In this document: one piece after another, positions 1 to 11,172 of the stretch | How positions within the stretch are numbered: position 1 is the first letter of the stretch | How the letters are laid out: each line of letters opens with the position of its first letter | DNA from: an uncultured Candidatus Saccharibacteria bacterium | GTDB taxonomy: Bacteria; Patescibacteriota; Minisyncoccia; Phycocordibacterales; CAIZLB01 | Assembly (NCBI GenBank): GCA_964627085.1 | Contig: CAZVIP010000001.1 | Location: 3,654-67,653 of the forward strand | DNA length: 64,000 nt | Direction: 5' to 3' | Made by a program: the position numbers and the translations under genes | The notes under the pieces: generated by a model | Told to the model about the DNA's origin: nothing | What the model saw: the letters and a program-made list of their open reading frames with translations, nothing else | Database searches by the model: none

Positions 1-1
1 A

Positions 2-481
2 AAGATTCCATTCTATTCAATTCACGGATTCGAAGACCATACCGATGCAGGTCAGGATGAACAAGTTGACGGCGACCTTGAACAAGACCAAAACATTCCA
101 ACAACAGAAGAAAACTCCGTACCTGCTGTATCCGCCTCAACACAAGAGAAAATTAAAATGCACTATAGTGGTGATGACGATGATAATGAGGGTGAGCACT
201 ATGATGATAAGACATGGACAAATACTGGTTACGGTAAAGATGACAGCATTCTAAAAATCATCAAAGAAGAAGACCTTGTTCATGCAAACTCAACCCCTAA
301 ATCTAATGGTGCAGGTGGTGGTGGAGGCGGTGATGGGATCATGTACAAACTCGTGAAAGGCACTCGAAAGTTTTTCAGTGGTTTATGGAAAGGGATCCGT
401 GTCAGTCTCGGATTTGCAAAAGGCGTCAGCGATGAAATCAGTGCAACAAGGGCAGTTGATAAAAACAAGAGGAATTCTTAG
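2..481 (+). CDS. C-terminal fragment of an acidic, low-complexity protein (Asp/Gly-rich); ORF is open to the window start
   Basis: Frame 2 is open from nt 2 to the stop at 481 (own translation). Sequence is D/E-rich with a GAGGGGGGDG run. A strong hairpin plus T-run follows. No recognisable family. Confidence 0.45.
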   Translation, partial: KIPFYSIHGFEDHTDAGQDEQVDGDLEQDQNIPTTEENSVPAVSASTQEKIKMHYSGDDDDNEGEHYDDKTWTNTGYGKDDSILKIIKEEDLVHANSTPKSNGAGGGGGGDGIMYKLVKGTRKFFSGLWKGIRVSLGFAKGVSDEISATRAVDKNKRNS

Positions 482-515
482 ATTGAAGCTCTCGCCCTCA
501 GCGGTTGATTCAAGA

Positions 516-562
516 CAAAACAAAACACCACGGATTGCCCGTGGTGTTTTGTTTTGTCGAGT
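516..562. terminator. Bidirectional intrinsic terminator between the + ORF and rplB
   Basis: Perfect inverted repeat caaaacaaaacaccacgg / ccgtggtgttttgttttg flanked by T/A runs, lying between convergent gene ends (481 and 573). Confidence 0.7.
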
Positions 563-572
563 TCGTGACAGA

Positions 573-1412
573 TTATCGTTTTCCGACTTTTCGTCTTGAA
601 ACAATAAGCTTGTTTGAGTACTTCTTAACTCGGCGTGACTTCTGGCCTTTACCAGTTGGCTTACCGTAGATAGAAATAGCTCGTCGTCGTCCTCGTCCTT
701 GGCGGCCTTCACCTCCTCCGTGTGGATGATCCACAGGGTTCATAGCTGTACCTCGGACAGTTGGGCGAATACCCTTCCATCTTGAGCGACCAGCTTTACC
801 AAAGTTTTGAAGTCGATTTTCTTCATTTGAAACTTCTCCGATAGATGCCCATGCAGTATCGATGATTTTTCGAATTTCAGTTGATGGCATTTTGATGAGT
901 GTGTAACCCATATCCTGAGCTACAACTTCAGCAAATGATCCAGCAGCTCGTACGAGCTTGGCACCACCTTCTGGTCTTAGTTCGATGTTGTATACAAAAG
1001 TACCAACAGGGATATTTCTAAGAGGAAGTCTGTTACCAGCTTTTACTTCTGCTTTTTCACCAGCGAGGATTGTATCACCTACCTTTACTGATTGTGGAAG
1101 GAGAACGTATCTCTTTTCACCATCAGCATAGCAGACAAGAGCAATGAAACCAGTTCGGTTTGGATCATATTCAACAGTCAAAATTTTGGCTGGAATTTCT
1201 CGTTTGTCGAACTTGAAGTCAATGTCTCTGAAACTTCGCTTATGACCACCTCCTTTGTGTCTTGTAGTGATTCGGCCAGTATTGTTTCTACCAACACCTC
1301 GCATTCCTCCAGTTGTAAGAGGTTTGTGTGGTGTACTAGTAGTCAAAATTGATCGAAGTGACACATGTGTTGTATGACGGCGTGATGGAGTTGTTGGTTT
1401 ATATCTTTTCAT
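573..1412 (-). CDS. rplB: 50S ribosomal protein L2
   Basis: 279 aa with L2 hallmarks (GGGHKR, RNxxGxxxxHKGGG, MNPVDHPHGGGEG) and position in the S10 operon. Confidence 0.97.
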   Translation of the reverse strand: MKRYKPTTPSRRHTTHVSLRSILTTSTPHKPLTTGGMRGVGRNNTGRITTRHKGGGHKRSFRDIDFKFDKREIPAKILTVEYDPNRTGFIALVCYADGEKRYVLLPQSVKVGDTILAGEKAEVKAGNRLPLRNIPVGTFVYNIELRPEGGAKLVRAAGSFAEVVAQDMGYTLIKMPSTEIRKIIDTAWASIGEVSNEENRLQNFGKAGRSRWKGIRPTVRGTAMNPVDHPHGGGEGRQGRGRRRAISIYGKPTGKGQKSRRVKKYSNKLIVSRRKVGKR

Positions 1413-1439
1413 AACTATTGTGTTATATAACTTGTATCA

Positions 1440-1742
1440 CTAAGCGAGATCAATTTTGTCTCCCTTTTTAAGGAAAACAATAGCTTTCTTTATCGCTTGT
1501 TTTTTGCCGACCTTTCCTCTTACAAAGACTTTTTTTGCAGGAGTTCGTACAATGTTGACCTTTACAGGAACAACTTTGTACATTGCTTCAATAGCTTTCG
1601 CTACTGTAATTTTTGTTGCATCTTGCACAATCTCGAAAATATATGCGCCTTTTTCAGCTGAAAAAGTTGCCTTCTCTGTGATTCGAGGTTTTTTGATTGT
1701 GCCAGTTGCGTGTTTATTGATTGATATATTCATAGCGTTCAA
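1440..1742 (-). CDS. rplW: 50S ribosomal protein L23
   Basis: 100 aa, L23-like (ITEKA...YIFEV...KVN), sitting between rplD and rplB as in the S10 operon. Confidence 0.9.
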   Translation of the reverse strand: MNAMNISINKHATGTIKKPRITEKATFSAEKGAYIFEIVQDATKITVAKAIEAMYKVVPVKVNIVRTPAKKVFVRGKVGKKQAIKKAIVFLKKGDKIDLA

Positions 1743-1746
1743 TTAA

Positions 1747-2475
1747 CTAACGAGCACTTCTCGATTCGAGAGTGACAAGTGATGCTTCTGGAGAAGCGAT
1801 CACTACGTATTTATAATTTGCGAGAGCAAGAGGGTTCAAGTTTCTTGTTTCCATGACTTCGAGGTTACCGAAGTTCTGGAATCCACGCTTCACATTCAAA
1901 GAAAGTTCAGGTGATGCAATAACTGCAGCATTTCGTTTCTTGTTTACGAGCATAGGAATACCAGCACCAGTTGCAACTCGACTGAGCACAGATTGTGCAT
2001 TTCGAGTTTTTGGTTCTGTGATTTCAAGATCCTTGATAAAGATGACTTCACCATCTCGGAATTTCTTTGACAAGATTGTAAACAAAGCTTTTGTCTTCAT
2101 CTTCTTGTTAATTTTTCGAGAGTAGTCTTTGTCACTTCGAGGTCCGTGAGCCACACCTCCGCCTACCCAGATAGGTGAGCGTCGTGAGCCGTGACGTGCA
2201 CGTCCTGTCCCCTTTTGAGCCCAAGGTTTTTTACCAGTACCTGATACTTCACCTCGGTTTTTAGTATGAGCAAGAGATTCTCGAGCATCAGTATTCATTG
2301 AAGTGATTACTTGATGAACGAGGTCAGCATTCCATGAGAGACCGAATATTGATTCAGGGAGAGTGATCTTTCCTGATTCCTTACCAGCAATATCAAAGAC
2401 AGAAACTTCCATTGAGACCGGAGTGGCCGCTTTTGGAGTTTTTGCTTTTGCAGTTGTTTTTGTTGTCTTAGCCAT
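1747..2475 (-). CDS. rplD: 50S ribosomal protein L4
   Basis: 242 aa. L4 motifs KKPWAQKGTGRAR...GGGVAHGP. N-terminal Lys/Ala-rich extension. Confidence 0.95.
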   Translation of the reverse strand: MAKTTKTTAKAKTPKAATPVSMEVSVFDIAGKESGKITLPESIFGLSWNADLVHQVITSMNTDARESLAHTKNRGEVSGTGKKPWAQKGTGRARHGSRRSPIWVGGGVAHGPRSDKDYSRKINKKMKTKALFTILSKKFRDGEVIFIKDLEITEPKTRNAQSVLSRVATGAGIPMLVNKKRNAAVIASPELSLNVKRGFQNFGNLEVMETRNLNPLALANYKYVVIASPEASLVTLESRSAR

Positions 2476-2483
2476 GGTATTGA

Positions 2484-3086
2484 TTAGCCTCTTACTTCTA
2501 CTAATGTGCCCTTTCGACCAGGAATTGCACCTCGGATATATATTTCATTTGCCTCATTGTCTACCGAGACAACAATAAGGTTTTTAACTGTGACTCGATC
2601 TCCGCCCATTCGGCCGGCCATTTTACGGCCTTTGAATACGCGCTGATATCCACCAGCACCAATAGATCCTGGTTCACGTTCAGAGTGTTTCTGACCGTGT
2701 GATCTTGGACCTCCATGGAATCCATGTCTTTTAACTACACCTTGGAAACCTTTTGCTTTTGAGATTGCAGATACCTGTACAGTATCACCAGTCTTGAATT
2801 CAGTCTGAATTTCTTGACCAGGTGCAAATTCACCAGAAGCATCTTTGACTTCCATGAGTGTTGAAAAATTACCCATGTCTTTCATAACGCCCTTTTGTGC
2901 TTTGTTTATATTCTTTGCGCTCTTTTTGCCGAATGCGATTTGCACCGCATTGTAGCCATCCTTACCCTCTGTTTTGACTTGCGTCACGAACATTGGACCA
3001 GTCTTGAGGACTGTTACTGGATGCACTCGGCCGTCTTCGTCGAAGAGCTGAGTCATATTCAGTTTTGTTCCCAGAATAAATTTCAT
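2484..3086 (-). CDS. rplC: 50S ribosomal protein L3
   Basis: 200 aa. L3 motifs (ILGTKLNMTQ, FKGRKMAGRMGG). Confidence 0.95.
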   Translation of the reverse strand: MKFILGTKLNMTQLFDEDGRVHPVTVLKTGPMFVTQVKTEGKDGYNAVQIAFGKKSAKNINKAQKGVMKDMGNFSTLMEVKDASGEFAPGQEIQTEFKTGDTVQVSAISKAKGFQGVVKRHGFHGGPRSHGQKHSEREPGSIGAGGYQRVFKGRKMAGRMGGDRVTVKNLIVVSVDNEANEIYIRGAIPGRKGTLVEVRG

Positions 3087-3293
3087 AGCAGCATTTTGTT
3101 AATTTTGAACAGAAGAAGGAAATGATATGTTTAAGGAAAGCGATTGCTCGCTATTCTCAAACTTTCTTAATTGATCAGGTGACGTTAGGTGCGAGGCGAA
3201 ATAATTATTTTCGACTGAGACGTACTGATTGTACGTTGAAGAAGAAAATGATTATTTTAACGAAGCAGATGACGTTGACTGGTCGATTAAGGG

Positions 3294-3650
3294 TTACATC
3301 ATTTTGACGTCGATATTCACTCCAGAAGGAAGCGAGAGATTCGTAAGAGCCTCTACAAGCTTTGCATTAGGATTGATGATATCAATAAGTCTTTTGTGTA
3401 CTCGCATTTCAAACTGTTCTCGCGCATTTTTGTAAATGAACGTTGAACGGTTGACTGTGTACTTTCGAATTTCTGTTGGAAGTGGGATTGGTCCGACAAC
3501 CTCTGCATCGTAGCGAAGTGCTGTATCCATGATCTGTTTGATAGATGCATCGATAATCTTAGATTCGTACGCGCGTACTCGAATTCGAAGTTTTGGTACA
3601 ACTTCTTCTTTTCCGATTGTTTTCTTTTTTGTCGCTTCTTTTACAGCCAT
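3294..3650 (-). CDS. rpsJ: 30S ribosomal protein S10
   Basis: S10 core ([12 protein letters not shown]...GPIPLPT...). ATG at 3650 is chosen ([10 protein letters not shown]); the longer ORF to 3671 would start on TTG. Confidence 0.9.
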   Translation of the reverse strand: MAVKEATKKKTIGKEEVVPKLRIRVRAYESKIIDASIKQIMDTALRYDAEVVGPIPLPTEIRKYTVNRSTFIYKNAREQFEMRVHKRLIDIINPNAKLVEALTNLSLPSGVNIDVKMM

Positions 3651-3694
3651 ATGGCGAAGGTTAAAGAGCAATTAAGCCCGCTAATAAACTAGTG

Positions 3695-4891
3695 TTACGC
3701 GACGATCTTTGTAACGACACCAGCACCTACAGTTTTACCACCTTCTCGAATTGCAAGTCGCTGCATTTCTTCAAGGGCAATTGGAGCTACAAGTTTAACT
3801 TTGAAAGTTACTGTATCTCCAGGCATAACCATTTCTACACCTTCCTTCAATGTTACTTCACCAGTTACGTCTGTTGTTCGAACGTAGAACTGTGGCTTGT
3901 AACCTGAGAAGAATGGAGTGTGTCGACCGCCTTCTTCTTTCTTCAAGATATATACTTCAGCTTCGAAATCTGTATGAGGTTTTACTGAACCTGGCTTACA
4001 GAGAACTTGTCCTCGAGTAAGATCTTCTTTTTTAGCACCTCGGAGGAGAATACCAGCGTTGTCACCGGCCTGTCCTTCCTGAAGCTGCTTGTTGAACATT
4101 TCAATACCTGTAACAGTAGTTGAAGTTGTGTCCTTGAGACCTACGATTTCGATAGTCTCACCTACCTTGATGATACCCTTTTCGATTTTACCTGTAACTA
4201 CAGTTCCTCGTCCTTCGATAGAGAAAATATCTTCGATAGGCATAAGGAATGGTTTGTCAGTTTCTCGAACTGGAAGTGGAATGTAAGTATCAAGAGCTTC
4301 TGCAAGTTCTAGAACTTTCTTAGACCATTCATCGTCTGTACCTGTTGCTTCGAGAGCTTTGAGAGCTGAACCTCGAATAACTGGAGCGTTGTCACCGTCA
4401 AATCCGTTCTTTGAAAGAAGTTCTCGGATTTCAGCTTCAACTAGGTCAAGCATATCTGCATCATCTACCATGTCACACTTGTTCATGAATACGATGATCT
4501 TTGGAACTCCTACCTGCTTAGCCAAGAGAACGTGTTCTCGTGTCTGTGGCATAGGTCCGTCAGTTGCGGCTACCACGAGGATAGCACCGTCCATCTGAGC
4601 AGCACCAGTAATCATGTTCTTGATGTAGTCGGCGTGACCTGGGGCATCAATGTGAGCATAGTGTCTCGCATTTGTAGCGTACTCGTTGTGAGAAAGTGAG
4701 ATAGTAATACCTCGAGCCTTTTCTTCAGGAGCCTTGTCGATAGCATCAACACCTTTAATTGTTGCCTGCATACCAGCTCGGCTGAGTACGTTAAGAATAG
4801 CCGCTGTAAGAGTTGTCTTACCGTGGTCTACGTGTCCAATTGTACCTACGTTAACGTGAGGTTTTGATCGGTCAAAAGCTTCTGCTGCCAT
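3695..4891 (-). CDS. tuf: Elongation factor Tu
   Basis: 398 aa. [22 protein letters not shown] and full EF-Tu architecture. Confidence 0.98.
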   Translation of the reverse strand: MAAEAFDRSKPHVNVGTIGHVDHGKTTLTAAILNVLSRAGMQATIKGVDAIDKAPEEKARGITISLSHNEYATNARHYAHIDAPGHADYIKNMITGAAQMDGAILVVAATDGPMPQTREHVLLAKQVGVPKIIVFMNKCDMVDDADMLDLVEAEIRELLSKNGFDGDNAPVIRGSALKALEATGTDDEWSKKVLELAEALDTYIPLPVRETDKPFLMPIEDIFSIEGRGTVVTGKIEKGIIKVGETIEIVGLKDTTSTTVTGIEMFNKQLQEGQAGDNAGILLRGAKKEDLTRGQVLCKPGSVKPHTDFEAEVYILKKEEGGRHTPFFSGYKPQFYVRTTDVTGEVTLKEGVEMVMPGDTVTFKVKLVAPIALEEMQRLAIREGGKTVGAGVVTKIVA

Positions 4892-5284
4892 ATTTTTTTG
4901 CTTTAATTAATATTTATCGATAAATATATTTGTAAATAAACTTGTCTGCATTGCTTCAAGGTATGTTTAACTTAAAAAGCCAATAAATAAAGAAAAACGT
5001 TATTTATGGCGATGTTAAGGTAAAGAAACCGGACGGGTATCCATTGACTATTCAGTTGTAGTGCAATTGGGTCAGAGGTATGTGTGTATCCTGGCTACGA
5101 TATGTGTTTGACACATTTGTTTACCTGGAATTTCCTGTGGCTCTATAGGGCCGCAAGATGCATACATTCACGAGCAATTGAATTAACTTGAGTGTCGTTT
5201 CTTTGGTTTTAAAAAACCAAGAAGATACAAGACAAAAACGCAATAAAGCGTTGTAGAGATAGTATCATATTTATGGTAGTTGTC

Positions 5285-5327
5285 AAAAAAACAGACCACC
5301 TCGGTGATCTGTTTTTTTGACTTGTAT
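5285..5327 (-). terminator. Intrinsic terminator downstream of fusA
   Basis: Hairpin cagaccacc-tcg-gtgatctg flanked by A/T runs, 35 bp beyond the fusA stop. Confidence 0.6.
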
Positions 5328-5359
5328 ATTAAGACTAGAATATAGCCTATATAGACCTA

Positions 5360-7516
5360 TTACGCAGTAACCTTTCGAGATTCAACGATAGTCTTTTCTA
5401 CGTTTGGAGGAACGATATCGTAGTGATCGAATTCCATAGTCATAGAACCTCGTCCCTGTGTCATAGATCGGATATCAGTTGTATATCCAAACATTTCTGA
5501 AAGCGGAACCATGGCTCGGATGACTCGGAGTCCCTGACCTCTTTCTTCCATACCTTCAATCTGACCTCGCTTAGATGAAAGTGAACCTGTAACGTCACCC
5601 ATAAACTGTTCTGGCATTACACATTCTACCTTCATGATTGGCTCGAGGATAACAGGTCGTGCTCGCTTAGCAGCTGCCTGGAAAGCCTGAGAACCAGCAA
5701 TCTTGTACGCAATTTCAGATGAGTCAACATCGTGGTATGAACCGAAAGTAAGTTCACAAGACACATTTGTAAGTGTGAATCCTGCAACAATACCTCTGTC
5801 CATAGCCTCTTTGACACCCTTTTCAACTGCAGGGATAAATTCAACTGGAATAACACCTCCCTTGATAGAGTCGATAAATTCGAATCCTTCTTCTCGGTGT
5901 ACGTTCTTTGGAATTTTCGCACCTTCCTCAAGTTTTTCGAGTGGCTTGATAGTGATCTTTACGTGACCGTACTGACCCTTACCTCCAGACTGCTTGATGT
6001 ATTTGTATTCTTCTTCTGCAGAGCCTGTGATTGTTTCTCGGTATGCTACCTGTGGCTTACCTACGTTTGCTTCTACATTAAATTCTCGCTTCATTCGGTC
6101 AACCATAATTTCAAGGTGGAGTTCTCCCATACCTGAAACAATAGTTTCTCCTGTTTCAGTATTTGAAGATACTCGGAAAGTTGGATCTTCATCCATAAGT
6201 TTCTTGAGAGCCATACCCATCTTTTCCTGATCAGCCTTTGTTTTTGGCTCGATCTTGAGGGACACTACCGGTTCTGCGAATTTGATTGGATCGAGAACAA
6301 TTGGATTAGCTTCATCACAGAAAGTATGTGAAGTTTTTGCATCCTTGAGACCTACAGCAGCTGCAATTTCACCAGCGTATACTTTCTTTACTTCTTCTCG
6401 CTTGTTAGCCTGAAGTCGCACGATTCGTCCTAGTCTTTCCTTTGTGCCAGTTGTTGAGTTATAAAGGTATGAACCAGCTTCGACTGTACCTGAATACACA
6501 CGGAAGAATGTAAGCTGACCTACGAATGGGTCGTTTTGTAGTTTGAAAGCAAGTGCAGCAAACGGTTCTGTATCAGAAGCCTTTCGCTCAATTTCTTCAC
6601 CGTTGTCTGGGTTAAGACCCTTAACTGGCGGTACATCGAGTGGGCATGGAAGATAGTCAACTACAGCATCGAGTACGAGCTGTACACCCTTGTTTTTAAG
6701 AGCAGTACCTGTGAATACTGGGAATACTTTGTTTGCAATAACACCTTTTCGCATAGCAACCTTGATCTGATCAACACTGAAATCAGTCTTACCCTCTAGA
6801 TATTCATTCATCATTGATTCATCGAATTCACATGCCTTTTCAACAAGTTCAGCTCGGTATTTTTCAGCATCAGCCTTCATATCTTCTGGAACTTCACCTT
6901 CTACTACCTGTGAACCCATCTCCCCTTCGAATCGGTATGACTTCATCTTGATGAGGTCTACTACACCTTCGAAATCTGACTCAGCACCAATTGGAAGCTG
7001 CATTCGGATAGCATTTTTGTTGAGTCTATCGAGGATAGATGCATATGATCGCTCAAATGAGGCACCCATACGGTCGAGCTTGTTGATGAAACAAATTCGA
7101 GGTACATGATACTTGTCAGCTTGTCGCCATACTGTTTCAGACTGTGGCTCTACACCGGCTACACCGTCAAATACCACTACTCCACCATCGAGTACTTTGA
7201 GTGATCGCTCTACTTCTACGGTAAAGTCTACGTGACCTGGTGTGTCGATAATGTTAAATCTCTGCATCTTTGAGATATCCTTACCCATATATGTTGGGTT
7301 CCAGAAACAAGTAATCGCAGCGGCTGTGATAGTAATACCACGCTCCTTTTCCTGTTCCATCCAGTCAGTTACAGCTTCACCTTCGTGTACTTCACCAATC
7401 TTGTGGCTCATACCTGTATAGTAAAGAACGCGCTCAGACGTTGTAGTCTTACCCGCATCGATGTGGGCGATAATACCGAAGTTTCGTACTCTTTCTAGTG
7501 GATAGTCTCTATTCAT
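5360..7516 (-). CDS. fusA: Elongation factor G
   Basis: 718 aa. [17 protein letters not shown] and EF-G domains II-V. Confidence 0.97.
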   Translation of the reverse strand: MNRDYPLERVRNFGIIAHIDAGKTTTSERVLYYTGMSHKIGEVHEGEAVTDWMEQEKERGITITAAAITCFWNPTYMGKDISKMQRFNIIDTPGHVDFTVEVERSLKVLDGGVVVFDGVAGVEPQSETVWRQADKYHVPRICFINKLDRMGASFERSYASILDRLNKNAIRMQLPIGAESDFEGVVDLIKMKSYRFEGEMGSQVVEGEVPEDMKADAEKYRAELVEKACEFDESMMNEYLEGKTDFSVDQIKVAMRKGVIANKVFPVFTGTALKNKGVQLVLDAVVDYLPCPLDVPPVKGLNPDNGEEIERKASDTEPFAALAFKLQNDPFVGQLTFFRVYSGTVEAGSYLYNSTTGTKERLGRIVRLQANKREEVKKVYAGEIAAAVGLKDAKTSHTFCDEANPIVLDPIKFAEPVVSLKIEPKTKADQEKMGMALKKLMDEDPTFRVSSNTETGETIVSGMGELHLEIMVDRMKREFNVEANVGKPQVAYRETITGSAEEEYKYIKQSGGKGQYGHVKITIKPLEKLEEGAKIPKNVHREEGFEFIDSIKGGVIPVEFIPAVEKGVKEAMDRGIVAGFTLTNVSCELTFGSYHDVDSSEIAYKIAGSQAFQAAAKRARPVILEPIMKVECVMPEQFMGDVTGSLSSKRGQIEGMEERGQGLRVIRAMVPLSEMFGYTTDIRSMTQGRGSMTMEFDHYDIVPPNVEKTIVESRKVTA

Positions 7517-7722
7517 ATAATGATTAATTTTTTATTAAAATAATTTGCTTTTCTCAGAACTGTGATTATTATTGCTTGATTATTAAGTAATCACTAGGTG
7601 ACTACGAAACATAATTTCAGCAGAAACTATATAGACGAGCGATAATAATCACAATCCTGAATGTTTGCTTAAATTATCATGTATTTTGCTAATTTGCAAT
7701 GTTTTTCAGGTAGAATAATTGA

Positions 7723-7757
7723 AAAAACAGACCATTTGCAGGGTCTGTTTTTTCTAT
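7723..7757 (-). terminator. Intrinsic terminator after the inserted Cys-rich protein gene
   Basis: Hairpin aacagaccatttgcagggtctgtt followed by a T-run on the coding (minus) orientation. Confidence 0.6.
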
Positions 7758-7829
7758 TATTTAGCCTTTTTTCATCCTTTGGATATACAAGTGGGTACTT
7801 TAGCGTAGATTTATCTACCCGGACGACAA

Positions 7830-9446
7830 TTAATGCTCGATAATTGCTGGTAGTGCACCGCATTTATTGGGCACAGAGCTAGATTGTAGGTCAATCCACT
7901 CCCCAGCAGTATCTAGCTTATATTGCTGCGTACAGGTCAGTGTATGTGATCCGATAGGTAAATTATATGGAGGATCTATGTTTATAATCTTGTTTGAAGG
8001 GACCGAAACCGAACTGCCAGCACTCTTCATCTCACAAATAACCCTTGAATCTACAGATCCCTCTGGTCTTTGCGCTTCAGTCATCTCATTTGTCTGCCAA
8101 TACCCACCACAGAGCGTAGTTGCTTGGTTTTTAGGTATTTCACCTGGTTTTAGTTTAAAATAATCAATTACCTTTGAGCAGGTATAACACGTACCATTAC
8201 TGTTTATACAATACTCCCTCTGGTCAACGACAGTTCCACTATCTGATAGCCGACAATCACAATTCTCACTCTCTGGGATACATTTATCCTTTGAAGTACA
8301 GAAGTATTCACCAGTCATACATCTTGCCTTGCATAAAGCAGGGTCTATTGCATCTGGGTTTTTGCATTGCCATCTCCAACTACTATATGCAGGGCTAAAA
8401 TCCCAGGTTGGCTCACCGTCATCCAAAAGCCCAAGTACACTACCCACTGCACATAACTGATTACCTGTAATATATTCACCCGCTGGAGTAGTTGTTGATA
8501 TAGAACCTCCTGCTGGTAGCTGATAATCAAGTGATTCCCTGTAAATTTCAGTACCTGCAGCCTGGCCACAATATGATTTTGGACATTCGTTCATATTACT
8601 CACGCACATATAACTTGTCATTGGCATCTGATCACCGCAATAGAATTGACCAGCATTGCAATCAACTCTTTCAAAAGGACATGATGCTTTTACTGTAGTG
8701 TTACCTTTTGTTGCTGACACTTCTACAACGGCTGAGTTGGTCGCATTGTAATAAGTATGTTCATAAGTTGGATTTCCAGGATTATCAACACCTTCGACAT
8801 TCCAGACAAAACTAAAATCTTCCGTTGGTGTAGTAGTACCCGATATTACAGCTGTGAACTGTACAGGTTCACCAAGCACACCAGTACCTGGATCGACAGT
8901 GCATGATAGGCTTGCATCACTAATTCTGACTGCATCACACTCGACTGTACCGCCACCAAAAATTCCTGCACATGCCCATTCATATGAATCATCATTTATT
9001 CTAAGATCTATTGCAGATCCGACCCGACATAAATTTGTTGCAGGAAAAGATGTTCGTGGTGTTGTTGTAGCTGAACCACACTTGCCATTTATACCCCCAA
9101 CAATAGTTGCGCTATACCTATGTACGTTTCCACAACCCAAACCCCATTCCATTGAAAGTGCAGCTGGCCCAATTCGATCAATGGTCTCACTCTGGATTAA
9201 TGCACAGCCCCATGACGGCCATGAGTTCTTTCCACACACTCTTGTATACGTCGCGCTCCCCGAAACATTGTATGTGATATTATCTTTCACCACAGTGTAC
9301 TGACATGAATGTGTATAACGACATTCTTTTGGTTTCTTTTTTGAACCCCTCGCTTCAGCTGTATTAATAGAAAATACAGTTGTGAAAAAGAGCACAAACA
9401 GCGCGAGTATAAAAACACGAGACAGTTTATTGTATTTCATATTCAT
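7830..9446 (-). CDS. Secreted Cys-rich protein with a PKD-like domain (hypothetical)
   Basis: 538 aa with an N-terminal signal/TM segment and more than 40 Cys. Central segment FTAVISG...FSFVWNVEGVDNPGNPTYEHTYYNATNSAVVEVSATKGN fits the PKD/Ig-like pattern. Confidence 0.7.
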   Translation of the reverse strand: MNMKYNKLSRVFILALFVLFFTTVFSINTAEARGSKKKPKECRYTHSCQYTVVKDNITYNVSGSATYTRVCGKNSWPSWGCALIQSETIDRIGPAALSMEWGLGCGNVHRYSATIVGGINGKCGSATTTPRTSFPATNLCRVGSAIDLRINDDSYEWACAGIFGGGTVECDAVRISDASLSCTVDPGTGVLGEPVQFTAVISGTTTPTEDFSFVWNVEGVDNPGNPTYEHTYYNATNSAVVEVSATKGNTTVKASCPFERVDCNAGQFYCGDQMPMTSYMCVSNMNECPKSYCGQAAGTEIYRESLDYQLPAGGSISTTTPAGEYITGNQLCAVGSVLGLLDDGEPTWDFSPAYSSWRWQCKNPDAIDPALCKARCMTGEYFCTSKDKCIPESENCDCRLSDSGTVVDQREYCINSNGTCYTCSKVIDYFKLKPGEIPKNQATTLCGGYWQTNEMTEAQRPEGSVDSRVICEMKSAGSSVSVPSNKIINIDPPYNLPIGSHTLTCTQQYKLDTAGEWIDLQSSSVPNKCGALPAIIEH

Positions 9447-9447
9447 A

Positions 9448-10491
9448 TTAGTTTTTCTTTATTGTAATTTTACTATTAATATATGAACGCATACTCTCTT
9501 TCTCTTTTTTTCCAAGTGTAATATCTTGGTCAATTGCTTCCAATGCCTTCTTTTTCCATTCATCACCTGCCTTTTTGTCACCAGTAATTATCTCAACCTC
9601 AGAGAGAAGTAGGTAGGCACTCGCTTGGTTTGGGTTGATTGCAATTGCTTTCTTTGCATCTGCACGGACGCTCTCAATCAATTGCTTAATTTCTGCATCT
9701 GTCTCCATGTCTAACGCTGTTGAAAGCTCTACCTTTGCTTTCATCACCCACGCTTGTGGCATAGTCTCATCAAGTGATACCGATCTTTGGATTTCATCTA
9801 GCGCCTGATCAATCTCCTCTTCATTAAAAGAAATATACGAAAGCACTTGATACCCTTCAGCCTTCATTCGATTACTAGTAGATGCAGAGATGAGACTATC
9901 CACTGTCTTGCGGGCGAGCTCGAATTTATTTTGTCTCACATATAATCGCGCAAGATTTAACAAAGCATGATCATTTGAGGGATCAATTTTTAGTGCCTGA
10001 TTATAAAGCTGCTCTGCTTTTTCTAAATCACCTTGCAAATCATATGCATGTCCATTATTACTATGCGCTTGAGAATTTCTAGGATTGAGTTCGATCGCCT
10101 TTTCATACATACCATGTGCATCATCATATTTTTCTTGAATCTCAAAAGCATATCCTTTTATTCGATATGCCTCACTATTTTTTGGATCTATTGCAAGCAC
10201 CTTATCAGCTGTTTCTATTGCAAGCACAGCACCACCCTCTTCTTTGAATGTTACACTGCCCTTTTGTGCATATGTCGCAGCGAGCAATAAGAGTGCGTTT
10301 ACATTGTTTTTATCTTTTTCTAGGTTTTGGAGCGACTTATCAATAGCACCATCTAAATTCCCTGTATCATAATCATTTACCACATTTATTACTGCTTTTT
10401 CTCTATTATATTTATTTAGGTAAAAGAGCCCTACAGACATTCCGGCAACTACTACAATTGTTAAAATTGTGATGAGAATTTTTTTCTTCAT
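9448..10491 (-). CDS. TPR-repeat protein with N-terminal membrane anchor
   Basis: Several 34-aa TPR-like repeats (AYxxKGxA...YxKAIELNP). Start placed at MKKKILITIL (10491); the longer ORF to 10599 lacks an RBS-like context. Stop abuts the start of the downstream Cys-rich gene. Confidence 0.7.
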   Translation of the reverse strand: MKKKILITILTIVVVAGMSVGLFYLNKYNREKAVINVVNDYDTGNLDGAIDKSLQNLEKDKNNVNALLLLAATYAQKGSVTFKEEGGAVLAIETADKVLAIDPKNSEAYRIKGYAFEIQEKYDDAHGMYEKAIELNPRNSQAHSNNGHAYDLQGDLEKAEQLYNQALKIDPSNDHALLNLARLYVRQNKFELARKTVDSLISASTSNRMKAEGYQVLSYISFNEEEIDQALDEIQRSVSLDETMPQAWVMKAKVELSTALDMETDAEIKQLIESVRADAKKAIAINPNQASAYLLLSEVEIITGDKKAGDEWKKKALEAIDQDITLGKKEKESMRSYINSKITIKKN

Positions 10492-10629
10492 ATTGAAATA
10501 TATTATACACTCAAAAACACAAAACACCGCAAGTGATGCGGTGTTTTGTGAACATTGTGTGAATAATGTTTTTGTAACCTTTGCTCTATTCGAGCACATG
10601 GTTGCAAGGAGTGCTTTTTGTAAAGTAAA

Positions 10630-11100
10630 TTACCAAGCGAAGTGTGCGAACGCTTTGTTCGCATCAGCCATCTTATGTGTATTTTCCTTTTTCTTAACTG
10701 CTTCACCTTCATTCTTTGAAGCGGCGAGAATTTCATTAGCAAGCTTGAGGTGCATTGGCTGACCCTTTTTTGATCGTGCAGCTGCGATAATCCAGTTCAT
10801 AGATAGATAAGCCTTTCGTTCTGGTCTTACTTCTCGTGGAACCTGATAGTTCGCGCCTCCGACTCGTCTTGAACGCACTTCCACTGAAGGAGCCGCATTC
10901 TTGAGAGCTGTATCGAAAACTTCAAGAGGATTTTCAGTCTTTGCTAGATCTTTGATTACATCGAGCATGTCGTAAACGACTCTTGATGCAGTCACCTTCT
11001 TTCCATCGAGCATGACGTGGTTAATGAATTTCGCCAAAGAATCAGAGTTATACTTGATATCTGGCTTTAATGTGAGCTTTCGCTTTATTTTTCTTCGCAT
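10630..11100 (-). CDS. rpsG: 30S ribosomal protein S7
   Basis: 156 aa with S7 signature regions (VEVRSRRVGGANYQVP). Confidence 0.95.
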   Translation of the reverse strand: MRRKIKRKLTLKPDIKYNSDSLAKFINHVMLDGKKVTASRVVYDMLDVIKDLAKTENPLEVFDTALKNAAPSVEVRSRRVGGANYQVPREVRPERKAYLSMNWIIAAARSKKGQPMHLKLANEILAASKNEGEAVKKKENTHKMADANKAFAHFAW

Positions 11101-11172
11101 TGTTTTAATCTTGTGCAGTTCTTCAGCATGTAACGCTTTTTACATACTTACTCTGCTTATAATAATTTATAA

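Noticed and set aside
45-254. 69-aa ORF at the window start
   Set aside because: It is in a different frame from the longer acidic ORF that runs open from the window edge to 481. Its sequence is basic and nonsense-like, so the frame-2 ORF is preferred.
8854-9303. 149-aa plus-strand ORF
   Set aside because: It is fully embedded antisense within the 538-aa Cys-rich protein gene, and that gene has coherent domain structure.
10469-10762. Overlapping 97-aa (+) and 79-aa (-) ORFs at the TPR/rpsG junction
   Set aside because: They span the rpsG 3' end and the spacer. They have no RBS or start context and conflict with the well-supported S7 gene.
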